From Tubulanus polymorphus (Eukaryota; Animalia; Nemertea), in assembly GCF_964204645.1 (NCBI RefSeq), contig NC_134025.1, positions 16,405,101 to 16,469,100 of the forward strand: a stretch of 64,000 nucleotides of DNA. Direction: 5' to 3'. Of the stretch, positions 1 to 9,774 are shown piece by piece (the stretch's first letter is position 1; each line of letters starts with the position of its first letter). Position numbers and translations under genes: made by a program. The notes under the pieces are model-generated. The model ran no database searches, was not told the origin of the DNA, and worked only from the letters and a program-made list of their open reading frames with translations.

Positions 1-2
1 AG

Positions 3-248
3 CCTACAAAAACTTTCGAAGCAACTAAAGAAACAATTTGTAGTTCTAGTATACTAAATGTTTTACCGCTAAAAAATGTTAAACAATTTGGAACTCAAAT
101 AAATTATAATTTAACAGAATGTGATTTTAAACCTTGCATTCCTCAATTTAATAATTTTAAATTAGAAATTAGAAATCATAATGGATACTTAATTGATTTG
201 AATAACTTTCCTGTAATTTATGAATTAGTTATAAGATGTAGAGAGTAA
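3..248 (+). CDS. C-terminus of putative minor capsid (penton-like) protein, 5' part outside window
   Basis: Open frame 3 reads ...SSILNVLPL...FKPCIPQFNNFKLEIRNHNGYLIDLNNFPVIYELVIRCRE*; the 'I.I...NG.LIDLN..PV..EL.I' ending resembles Polinton minor capsid proteins (recognition from memory). Confidence 0.5.
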   Translation, partial: PTKTFEATKETICSSSILNVLPLKNVKQFGTQINYNLTECDFKPCIPQFNNFKLEIRNHNGYLIDLNNFPVIYELVIRCRE

Positions 249-264
249 TTTTTTCATTATGTAA

Positions 265-621
265 ATGAATGTAACTGGTGGGCCGAGCATATGTTTTGGA
301 TTTGATTTTAAACGTGAGAAAGAAATGAAATTTAACGTTAATGATGTAATTAAACATATCAAAAATATTCCATTTTCTAATGAAACAACATTTGAGTATG
401 AAACAACAATAGATAAAGAAACTTTAAATGTAGAAAAGATTACTAATTTAATTAGAGAATCTTTAAGATTTTATGAATTAGATGAAGATTTTATCATCGA
501 TGATATTAAAAAAATAATAATTGAAATATATACAAATGAAACTAGTAATGAAATGAATGTTGAATTAATCATAAATAAGTTAACTAAATATTTTGATGAT
601 AGTAATTTTTTTGATAAATAA
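265..621 (+). CDS. Hypothetical Polinton-like element protein (118 aa, acidic)
   Basis: Intact ORF with TAAATG start, abutting the next gene. Confidence 0.55.
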   Translation: MNVTGGPSICFGFDFKREKEMKFNVNDVIKHIKNIPFSNETTFEYETTIDKETLNVEKITNLIRESLRFYELDEDFIIDDIKKIIIEIYTNETSNEMNVELIINKLTKYFDDSNFFDK

Positions 622-843
622 ATGAGTGATAATAAGTGGATAATAACTGGATTATATAATGGAGCATTACTATCAGTTGGAACTGTTGGTTATTCAATGG
701 TATTAAAAAAAGTATTTAAAATGGGAAGTGTTAATGTTGATAGATTTGATATAAATGATATTTTGAAATTAACATTAGCAGTTACTTTATCTAATTTAAC
801 TATTGATTATTTGGAAAAACAAAAATATATTCCTCCCATATAA
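622..843 (+). CDS. Small hydrophobic protein (73 aa) of Polinton-like element
   Basis: Two hydrophobic segments; TAAATAAATG start; tightly packed with neighbours. Confidence 0.65.
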   Translation: MSDNKWIITGLYNGALLSVGTVGYSMVLKKVFKMGSVNVDRFDINDILKLTLAVTLSNLTIDYLEKQKYIPPI

Positions 844-866
844 ATGCATAATTTTTTGCTAAATAA

Positions 867-1285
867 ATGGCTTCTGCAATTATAACTATTATAGGATCGG
901 CAATTGTTAACGCTTTAGCATTTACTGGTTGCGGTTATTTATTTAAGCATATTGATAAAAATAGTTCATTAGGAGAACAAAGAAGACATAACTTAGCATT
1001 AGAGAAATACAATAAAGCAGCAGAAGAATACAGAGAAAAACGACAAAACTATATGGATTATATTATGAATTATATGATCAGAAGATTTCACATAGAGATT
1101 TTCAATCAGTTGATGATGCAATGAGTTTATATAACGCGGTAACAAATAAAGAAAAATTACATCTATACAAACCTAAATTATCAGATTATTATACCCCAAG
1201 TAAAGAACAACAGAAATATGAAATAATTTGGATTTTAGGGGGAACAGTTATTGTTATATTTGTTGCTTATAAGTTTACTAATTAG
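867..1285 (+). pseudogene. Frameshifted membrane/coiled-coil protein (MASAIITIIGSAIVNALAF...)
   Basis: ORF 867-1124 continues in another frame from about 1090 as RDFQSVDDAMSLY...PKLSDYYTPSKEQQKYEIIWILGGTVIVIFVAYKFTN* (stop 1283-1285). Confidence 0.65.
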
Positions 1286-1304
1286 TATTTTTTTTGCTAA
1301 ATAA

Positions 1305-2303
1305 ATGGATGATAATATTGATAATATTGATATTATTCTTCATGATATAAATAAAACTAAATTAAGAATATATTTAGAAAAACAAATATTAGAATTTGAA
1401 AGTGATTTAAAAGTTAAAAAGAAAAAGTATTTAAAAAGTAAAATTATATATTATTTGATTATAAGTGGTTCGGTTACAATTAGTTCTGTAATAACATTTC
1501 TAACAATATTCAGCCCATTAACACCTTTAGCTATATCAATTGGTGTATTAGGATTAAGTTCAAGTGTTTTAACTGATATAAGTTCAAAATCTATATCTTC
1601 TACATCTAATAATGTAATACCTTCTACATCTAACAATGTAATTCCTTCTACATCTAATAATGTAATACCTTCTACATCTAATAATGTAATACCTTCTACA
1701 TCTAATAATGTAATACCTTCTACATATAATAATGCAATAATATTAAATGTTAGTGAAAATAGAAATTATTGTGATTATTGTAAAGGCGAATTTTCAAACG
1801 CTCCATCAAATTGGAATAAACATATGAATACAAGGGTACATATAAATAATGTTATAGAACGCGTTGGTAAAAGAGAATTTATAGAACACCCATTTAGATA
1901 TGTTACAAAGTTTGTTTCAAATAAAAAAGTAAATGGTAAAGAATTATATGAAGATTTATTATTAGCAACGCCTAATAAAGATGAATTAGATTTAACCGAT
2001 GCTAATAAAATGTTAGGATCAAACATTGTAAATGAAATATTAGGAGCAAACACTAATATAGATAATAATGAAAATGGCACCCACATGGTGATATAGTTAC
2101 AGATATTGATAATAAAGATTCTATGAAACATAAAGTAGAAAATAATGATAAATTTGATTGGATGAATAAGCATAACAATGAAACAACTATTGATGATGCG
2201 GTAAAAAGGGTGAAGAATAGGTATAAAAATAATAGAAGAATTTGAAGAAGATTCGGTAGAGCATTTGAATAAATTGTTAGGGTCTGATAGTGAAAGTGAT
2301 TAA
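1305..2303 (+). pseudogene. Chimeric/frameshifted ORF: N-terminal KKY + 2 TM helices, PSTSNNVI repeats, C2H2-like zinc finger
   Basis: ORF 1305-2096; CDYC...HMNTRVH finger; reading frame is restored to about 2244 by re-adding a 16-nt deletion at about 2077, with a further in-frame tail to TAA at 2303. Confidence 0.55.
1597..1740 (+). repeat. 24-bp coding tandem repeat x6 (CTTCTACATCTAATAATGTAATAC)
   Basis: Directly visible; encodes PSTSNNVI repeats. Confidence 0.95.
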
Positions 2304-2337
2304 GATATTAATTATATTTAACTCAAAAAGTAATAAA

Positions 2338-2670
2338 GGTTGAAAATTGTAAAAATAATATTTATTTTAAAAAAGAGGGTTTTAAGTATTTAAGGTATTT
2401 AAGGTATCTAATACATGTCTAATACAATCTAATACAATCTAATACATAAAATATCTTATTTTATAAACTGATATTCATATGGAAATTGAAACCTCAGTAA
2501 TGATAAATAACCTTTATTATTTTCAAACTTATTCATATATTAGTTGAAAAAATAAAAATAAATTGGTTGAAAATTGTATAAATAATATTTATTTTAAAAA
2601 AGGGGGGTTTTAAGTATTTAAGGTATCTAATAGGGTATCAGGTATTAGGGTATCTAATAGGGTATCTAAT
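2338..2670 (+). repeat. Intergenic ~65-bp direct repeat plus GGTATCTAATA short repeats
   Basis: GGTTGAAAATTGTA.AAATAATATTTATTTTAAAAAAG..GGTTTTAAGTATTTAAGGTAT at about 2338 and about 2565. Confidence 0.75.
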
Positions 2671-2837
2671 ACATAGGTATATTTTAAACATATTTCAATA
2701 TTTATATTTGTATGAGTTAGATTTTTAAACATTAAAAGTGTTAGTAAAGTTTTATTGAAATAATTCATATATATTCATGAATAACATATAAATGAATAAC
2801 TTCTAAAATCAATTTAGTAAACAAATATGTATTATAA

Positions 2838-3485
2838 ATGGAACCAGAACAACCACAAAGTAATAATATTACAAATAACGCTGGTGTTATAAACATATAC
2901 TACAAGAAGTGTTCTAAATGTGAATTAGATAAATTAGCTTTAACAGAATTTAGTAAGCGTAAGATTAGCAAAGATGGTTTTCAATATTGCTGTAAAACTT
3001 GTTTTAAACTATATACCAAACAATATCGAGAAGATAATATAGAACATTATAATTATTATATGGCAGAATATATGAGAGAAAGATATCAAACAGATCTTAA
3101 TTTTAGATTGAAACAATGCTTTAGATCTAGATTAACACAATTATTCAACAAAGAAACGCATTCAGAAACACTATCTAATTTATTAGGTTGTTCAGATGAA
3201 TTTTTCATATCATGGATAATATATCAATTCGATGATAAAATGAATATAGATAATTATGGTGAATACTTTCATATTGATCATACGTTACCAATATCTAAAT
3301 TTAACATGAATGATGAATACAATAAAAAACTTATTTGGGGTTGGAAAAATTTAAGACCTTTAGAAAAGAAGGAAAACATAATTAAATCTAGTTTATTAGA
3401 TTTACAGTTATATTTAGATCAACTGGATAAAGCAAAGACATTTTTTGAATTATGGAATTCAACACATAATGAAAAAATACGTTGA
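2838..3485 (+). CDS. Zn-ribbon + HNH-type endonuclease, giant-virus (NCLDV)-like
   Basis: CSKC...CKTC; D.NFRL...RSR; LGCS; NYGEYFHIDHTLP...NLRPL...EN..K. Confidence 0.75.
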   Translation: MEPEQPQSNNITNNAGVINIYYKKCSKCELDKLALTEFSKRKISKDGFQYCCKTCFKLYTKQYREDNIEHYNYYMAEYMRERYQTDLNFRLKQCFRSRLTQLFNKETHSETLSNLLGCSDEFFISWIIYQFDDKMNIDNYGEYFHIDHTLPISKFNMNDEYNKKLIWGWKNLRPLEKKENIIKSSLLDLQLYLDQLDKAKTFFELWNSTHNEKIR

Positions 3486-3942
3486 AGCTTAAGCGCTTAG
3501 AAAACCGGTTACTCTCGATCTATGTCAAACCGCCTATATGCAATTGTATGAGGTTGTTTACAAAAACATCTGTGACGCATTCTATATTCAGTTGAATGGG
3601 GCGCACCTCATTTGAATATTGACCGAATGTGCTATTTCAGTTGAAAAGGATTAATCAATTACATTACAAAGGAACATATGTTGCTCAGACAGACAGTGCC
3701 TGGTATATTGAGCGCAGTCGCATTACAACATACGAACTGAACAGACGGAATATATAGAACGTATAAGATTTCTCTCTAGAAACACAATTAGGAGTTTACA
3801 GTTATAAATGTAAGTACTGTTTTTGTTGTTATTAAGACGCAGGGAAACGTTAAACGTTAAACATGTTTAAGTGCTGTAATTGATATTTGGCAACTACAAC
3901 TTCAAGTTAGTTTTATTCTACATTCTAGATATTTAGTAAAAA

Positions 3943-4656
3943 ATGTCATACAGATCAAGAACTCCACTGTCTACTCCAAATCTAACGCAAGAAAGTGAGG
4001 AGCCAGAATGTATGGATGTCAACACGCCATCACAAGAAACTGTTATAGATATAGAAGAAAAAAATATCGAAAAACTCAGGAAAAATATGGATTATTATAA
4101 ACAATTAGTGTCAATTTTGGACGAAGTAATTACAACCAAACAATCAAAGATACAAGAATTACCAAGAATACCAACGCCGAGTTTAAAAACATTATTAGGA
4201 CTTAAAGAAAATAGAATCAAATTGAGCGGTTGTGAACTACACGAATATTTAAAATCAAAATTACTGGATTATAGAGATTTATCGAACTTTAGTGAAATAG
4301 ACGTGCATTTATTTTCAGAAATTAGTGGATTACTGATAAGCGAGTATGAAAAGTTGTTAACTAAACAAACAAATCACCTTTGGGGTTTTATAATTTTTGG
4401 GAATTCCTTGAATAAAGGGTTTGTTCTTTTTCATTCGACTCAAACTATAAATATTTCATGGGCTAATTGGGTTAAAGAAAATATACATATTAGCGTTGAG
4501 TATGAAAGAAAACTTAGAAGAATTGGAAAATTATATTCGTTTAAAAAATTTCAATTATTGGGGTTGCCATTTGCTACCGTTATTAATCATTTGGCAGAAA
4601 TCGAAAAAATGTTTGAAAATTACCCCGAAATCCAAGAATTCTGGTCGGAATTATAA
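3943..4656 (+). CDS. Hypothetical protein (237 aa) with C-terminal W..WVKEN..IS..Y.RKLR helical motif
   Basis: Intact ORF; candidate 5'-UTR intron 3810-3928 (GTAAGT...TTCTAG). Confidence 0.65.
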   Translation: MSYRSRTPLSTPNLTQESEEPECMDVNTPSQETVIDIEEKNIEKLRKNMDYYKQLVSILDEVITTKQSKIQELPRIPTPSLKTLLGLKENRIKLSGCELHEYLKSKLLDYRDLSNFSEIDVHLFSEISGLLISEYEKLLTKQTNHLWGFIIFGNSLNKGFVLFHSTQTINISWANWVKENIHISVEYERKLRRIGKLYSFKKFQLLGLPFATVINHLAEIEKMFENYPEIQEFWSEL

Positions 4657-5270
4657 AATCCCAATGATGATTTGTTTGTTTAGTTAACAACTTTTCATAC
4701 TATATAGATTTTTTGTATTTGTATTATATTTACCCCAATTACATTTTCTATTATTCTATATTCAGCTATTGTTAATATCGCAGTGACAGATGTTGTATTG
4801 TACTTTATTGATTCCTGCATTCCACGCATAACTTGCCGGGCCTCAGACGCCCGGTGAGGAATGTGGAAATCGATAATGATTGTAGAATAAAATATATGTG
4901 TTTATGAAATAGTATTTCCACCAGTCCTTTCTTTGAATTTATTTTCAGTTTTAGGATTTATTATCGAGAATCTGGACAGTTATAATTACTGCTCCTATAG
5001 ATAAACAATAGTAGTGAGATAATCTAAATCCTAATTTAAATAAAATATAATAAAAAAACAATAACTTCAACTAGCTAGTGAATTCTATTATATTTTTGAT
5101 ATTTTCTTTTGGTAATTCTAATTGACATTAGATTGAATATATTTTGAATAGATTTGAATAGAAATTCTTTAACTTTAACTAACCTAGTCAATTTAGTATT
5201 AACCTAAAGAGATACTAGTATCATTTTATAATACTTATAATATTTTTCTTATTAAATTTCTCTAATATAA

Positions 5271-5878
5271 ATGTCAAAGAAATCGAGTAAGAATAGTATT
5301 GATATTGAAAAAACATTAGATGATTTGGGCATAAGTGATAATAAGGATATTCCAACCAAAATTGAAAATAATATTCAAGTTAATAACAATATAGATTATG
5401 AATACTATTTATATTGTAAACACCATCTTGAATTATTAATTGCTGGCGGGAATCTAAGGAGTTTTTAAATAGAATCATTACTTTTCAAGAATTAGACTCT
5501 ATGAAACCCGATAAAGTAATAAAATATTTTAAGATTTATGAAGAAGCTAGATTAGCTAGAATAAACGACTCTATAAGTGATGGTATTATCAAATGTTATT
5601 CAAAATTATGTAACCAGTTAATACCAATTAATGATGAAAATAAATTATATAGTGATTTGAAAAATGACTATTTAGTTATGACTGAATTACAAACATGGGT
5701 TGGTTATGCTTCATTTCAATTAGGATCGGTTATGACATTAATTTCTACTGGTGTCATAACATTTTCGAACATCAAGCCTATGGAATATAAATCAGGTAAG
5801 AACGAAAGAGATGTACTTCAACCAAACGGTGAAACAGAAAATGAATCAGAACAAAAATTAACTAAAATAAATGAGTGA
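5271..5878 (+). pseudogene. Single hypothetical Polinton-like gene split by a frameshift near 5465
   Basis: ORFs 5271-5468 and 5501-5878 join through ...GGNLRSF/NRIITFQELDSMKPDK. Confidence 0.6.
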
Positions 5879-6239
5879 TGGAGTTAAGAAAAAGGCTAGA
5901 TCCGAGAAACAAATTAAATGGGCAAGAGAATTAGGTAAAAGATCTTCAGAATTAAAAAAAGCTAAGAAAAAGAAATTAACTGATATAAATGAATCAGAGA
6001 CTTTATCTGATATTGATTCGAATGATAATCCATCTGATTCTTCTAATGCTGGAAGTAATTATAAATTATATATTACAATTGGATTAGTATCAGTTATTAT
6101 ATTATCCGGTGTAATATATAAATATAAGTATAAATCTGATGATAAAGATGATTCCAATGATAATAAACCTATTATACCAGAAAATAAGTCAAATCATAAA
6201 GTCATTGATACTAAATCTAAATTATTATTAATGGATTAA
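5871..6239 (+). CDS. Basic N-terminus, single-TM protein (122 aa)
   Basis: KARSEKQ..WA.ELGK basic head; TM segment LYITIGLVSVIILSGVIY; overlaps upstream stop. Confidence 0.65.
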   Translation: MSDGVKKKARSEKQIKWARELGKRSSELKKAKKKKLTDINESETLSDIDSNDNPSDSSNAGSNYKLYITIGLVSVIILSGVIYKYKYKSDDKDDSNDNKPIIPENKSNHKVIDTKSKLLLMD

Positions 6240-6245
6240 AATAAG

Positions 6246-7364
6246 ATGAAAAAAGAACAATATTTAAGAGATTTATATTACAACCCAGAAAGTGAAGTAT
6301 CATATTCTAACGTTTCAGAATTATGGGATAAAATTAAATCTGATAATGAAAATGGTAATGGTGCCGTATGGCACCCACACGGTGATATAAAATATAGTGA
6401 ATTAAAATCATGGTTACAAAATCAACCAACATATCAAATCCACAAGAAAATGGATAAAACTTATTTAACAAGAAAAGTTATGGTTTCATATATCGATCAA
6501 CAATGGCAAGCAGATTTAATTGACATGAAGAACTTAGAGGAATACAACAAAGGATATTTCTGGATATTGAATGTTATAGACATATTCAGTAGATACGCAT
6601 GGTCAATTCCAATCAAAAATAAAACTGGTATAGAAGTAACAAATGCTTTTAAATCAATATTTAAAAAAGCTATTCCGGATAAGATACAATTTGATGAAGG
6701 TAAGGAATTTTATAAAAAACATTTTAAAAAACTATTATCTGATAACGATGTAGATTATTTTTCAACACACTCAGATAAAAAAGCATCTATTATAGAAAGA
6801 TTTAATAAAACATTGAAAACTAGAATGTGGAAATATTTTACTGCTAATGAAACATATAAATATATCGATGTGTTAGATGATTTAGTGAAAGGTTATAATA
6901 ATTCTAAACATAGTTCTATAAATATGAAACCTATACAAGCTAGAAAAGAAGATAATTCAGAAATAGTTTGGAATAATTTATATGGAGCGTTTGTTACACA
7001 TGATTTCGGCAAACCTAAATTTAAAATTGGACAACACGTAAGAATATCTAAATATAGAAAAACCTTTTATAAATGTTATACCCCTAATTTTACAGAAGAA
7101 ATATTTAAAATTAAAAAGATAATATTAACTAAACCTTTTGTTTATAAATTAGAAGATATAAAAGATGAAGAAATATTAGGTTATTTCTATGAACAAGAAT
7201 TATCACTTGTACCAAATCCAGAAGAAATAGAATACAAAATAGAAAAAGTATTGAAAACAAAAACTCTTAAAGGAAAAAAGTATTCTTTGGTGAAATATAA
7301 AGGATATGATGATAAATTTAATAAATGGATTTTATCTAGTAAAATTAAAAAAATAAATGAATAA
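6246..7364 (+). CDS. Retroviral-like (rve) DDE integrase with C-terminal chromodomain, Polinton type
   Basis: LYYNP start; WQADL, IDIFSRYAW, QFDEGKEF, SIIERFNKTLK (D,D,E); FKIG..VRISK; chromodomain YKIEKVL...VKYKGYDDKFNKWI. Confidence 0.93.
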   Translation: MKKEQYLRDLYYNPESEVSYSNVSELWDKIKSDNENGNGAVWHPHGDIKYSELKSWLQNQPTYQIHKKMDKTYLTRKVMVSYIDQQWQADLIDMKNLEEYNKGYFWILNVIDIFSRYAWSIPIKNKTGIEVTNAFKSIFKKAIPDKIQFDEGKEFYKKHFKKLLSDNDVDYFSTHSDKKASIIERFNKTLKTRMWKYFTANETYKYIDVLDDLVKGYNNSKHSSINMKPIQARKEDNSEIVWNNLYGAFVTHDFGKPKFKIGQHVRISKYRKTFYKCYTPNFTEEIFKIKKIILTKPFVYKLEDIKDEEILGYFYEQELSLVPNPEEIEYKIEKVLKTKTLKGKKYSLVKYKGYDDKFNKWILSSKIKKINE

Positions 7365-7968
7365 AGATTTATTTATATTTGAACCGCATAATATGTTAGT
7401 TACTGGTTTAACAAACTGTGGTAAAATACATTTCATATTAGATTTGTTAGAAACTATTTATAAGAATCATTTTGATAATATAATATTATTTTGTCCTACT
7501 TATGAAATGAATAAAACATATTATAGAGATATAGTTAAGATAAAAAAGTTTATTATATTAGATCCTAAAACAGTAAAAGAAAATTTAGATAATTGTATAA
7601 AAATAGCAATTGATATTTATAAAGGTTCAAATACATTATTCATTATAGATGATTGCGCAAATTTACATGATTCAAAAGTGTGAGAAAGTGAGTTATGTTA
7701 CTTAGCTTTCTCTGGGAGACATTTTGGGATAACAACATGGGTTTTAAATCAAAAATATAATTCAATTGTTAAAGACTTTAGGGAGAATATAAGATTTCTA
7801 GTTTTATTTTATAACAAAGATAAACAATCTATGCAACAATCATTGGAAGAAAATCAAATTATACCTACTGAATTACATGATGAATATATGAATAAATTAA
7901 AGAATAATAAAGGTTCAAAATTATTACTGAGACTACAATTTCCCTATGAATATAAGTTTATAAAATAA
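7357..7968 (+). pseudogene. A32/FtsK-like DNA packaging ATPase with premature stop
   Basis: Walker A GLTNCGK(I), Walker B FIIDD; in-frame TGA at 7681 then SGRHFGITTWVLNQKY...FREN to TAA 7966-7968. Confidence 0.88.
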
Positions 7969-8081
7969 CTATTAATATGTCTATATATCTATTCTATAAG
8001 AGCTCACACTTTTATATTGAATAATCTGTCAATTTAAATGTTATTCATTTATATTTTATTCATGTATATGAATATTTTGAG

Positions 8082-8269
8082 AGTAATAGGGGTAATAGGC
8101 TTTCAGGCTAAAGGTTAAAGGGGCGAGTGAGTAAAAAATGAAAATAACAATAATTTCCAGTTGAATTAGGAGTGTGCGCGACTAATTCAACTGGAAATTA
8201 TTGTTATTTTCATTTTTTACGAGCTCGACCCTTCGACCTTCGGCCTGAAAGCCTATTACCCCTATTACT
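8082..8269. repeat. Terminal hairpin of element A (88-nt arms, 12-nt loop)
   Basis: 8082-8169 is the reverse complement of 8182-8269 with 8 clustered mismatches. Confidence 0.95.
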
Positions 8270-8745
8270 CCAATCCTAGGCATCGCCTATCTCCTTGGAA
8301 CAGTCCATTCTCAGAAAAGAGACGTTGTCATGTTTCCGTTTGATGCAGGTTGAATATTCTATAAAAATAATGTGTAGATATATTTTAGTAAGCTATTGCA
8401 ATCGGTCTGATGATGACGTCATCAATCCCCCATTATGTAGAATAGTAGATACCTACCTTTCACCATGATTTGGTCTTAAATATTCAGTGACCCTACGCGC
8501 CATGTTGAAGTGTTCATATTATCCTAGAGAGAGATCAAATAGATGTATTTTAACACTTCTAAACAGAATCTAGTTTTATTCATACCTCGATGAAATCAAA
8601 TATTAACCATTATGCAGAGATCATGTATCTTAGATGGTTTACCTTTCAGATATGGGATTAGTGGCATCCACGTGAATATAGTAGTCTCAGCAGACCCACA
8701 TTTGTACAATGTAAAGTAATTCAATATCAATAAGAAATATTTCAT
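8270..8745 (-). pseudogene. Three-exon pseudogene for a putative secreted protein, truncated by element A
   Basis: Exons 8745-8586, 8523-8457, 8358-8270; GT-AG introns of 62 and 98 nt with matching phases; MKYFLLILNYFTLYKCGSAE signal-like start; three in-frame stops. Confidence 0.5.
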
Positions 8746-9199
8746 ACATTTCAGCTAATTTAACAGTCTTATTCGTGATTTATCATTTAGTTTATAAATA
8801 TACAATGTACACAATTTAATACTTAAACAGTTTAACAATCTAATGGATTCATTGTAATCCTCTTTTATTAATGATAAATGTAAATATATAATTGAATATG
8901 ATTTATACTTTTCCAAATATTTATGATAAATCTGTGAGGTAAATAAATATTGAAACAGAAATATATATGATAAAACTATTTATGATATTTATGTACTCTG
9001 AGACGTACGAGTAAGAATCCAAGAATCCAAGAAATCTTACTTTCTTGGCAAGAATCTTGGTTTCTTACTCGTACGTCTAGTACATAGATATATAAATTAG
9101 TTTTTATAAAAATCATGAATATAAATTATTAATCTAAATATTGAAATAGTTATAATATTATCTATTTTTATATTTTCAACCAATTTAACAGTCTTATTC

Positions 9200-9505
9200 T
9201 CAATTTGAATTATGAAATTTCTCATCTAATTCATACATATACATGTGATATCTCAAACTCTTTTTATTTTTATATCTTTTATTACATATTTCACAGCATT
9301 TAATATTATTTATTCGATCTGATAGATAATTTATATTTTCTTTCAATTCTGTATATCTAATTTTACAGCTATCATAGAATTCTAACAACTGTTTTATAGT
9401 ATAAACTGAGAAAGAAAATAAACCTGAAATCATAATAATTGATTTAATATTCTGTTGATTTTTATATATTAGATGTAATATTTCGATTACCTTATTTTCA
9501 CTCAT
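9200..9505 (-). CDS. Small protein with hydrophobic segment and degenerate C2H2 zinc finger
   Basis: CEICNKRYKNKKSLRYHM. Confidence 0.55.
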   Translation of the reverse strand: MSENKVIEILHLIYKNQQNIKSIIMISGLFSFSVYTIKQLLEFYDSCKIRYTELKENINYLSDRINNIKCCEICNKRYKNKKSLRYHMYMYELDEKFHNSN

Positions 9506-9552
9506 TTTTATAGTTAAAATATATAGAATAAATTAAATTAAAAGATGCTGTT

Positions 9553-9774
9553 TTAATCTTCAATATCATTTAAATCATTAGTTTTTTTATTCTTTTTATT
9601 TCGATGATTGTTTCCATTTAACTTCTTTAACTTTTTACTCAATTTATTATTTTCATTAATCAAATCTTTTGAAATATTCTCATAGTAAAAATGTAATGCT
9701 GCCAATATTAAACCTCCTGCTACCAAATAATGCTTCAAATCACTTTTTCCAATTTGAATGCTGAAATCATCCAT
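9553..9774 (-). CDS. Small single-TM protein (73 aa)
   Basis: TAAATAAATG start; YLVAGGLILAALHFYY segment. Confidence 0.5.
   Translation of the reverse strand: MDDFSIQIGKSDLKHYLVAGGLILAALHFYYENISKDLINENNKLSKKLKKLNGNNHRNKKNKKTNDLNDIED

Larger units (their letters stand above)
1..8269 (+). mobile_element. Polinton/Maverick-like (adintovirus-like) element A, right part, decaying
   Basis: Very AT-rich, densely packed co-oriented ORFs including rve integrase+chromodomain, A32/FtsK-like ATPase and a minor-capsid-like C-terminus; ends in ...CCCTATTACT (CT-3') at 8269 with an abrupt break. pPolB and major capsid are not in the window. Confidence 0.85.

Noticed and set aside
4825-4862. Twister ribozyme
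   Set aside because: Only superficial GCCGG...CCCGG similarity; conserved loops and pseudoknot geometry could not be built.
7681-7683. Programmed read-through or alternative genetic code in the ATPase
   Set aside because: Simple CGA-to-TGA decay fits better; Walker A is also mutated, neighbouring genes are frameshifted, and TGG is used for Trp.
8082-8269. Stand-alone MITE interpretation of the hairpin
   Set aside because: No flanking TSD; left flank is shared with the second hairpin and the right flank is an unrelated truncated exon.
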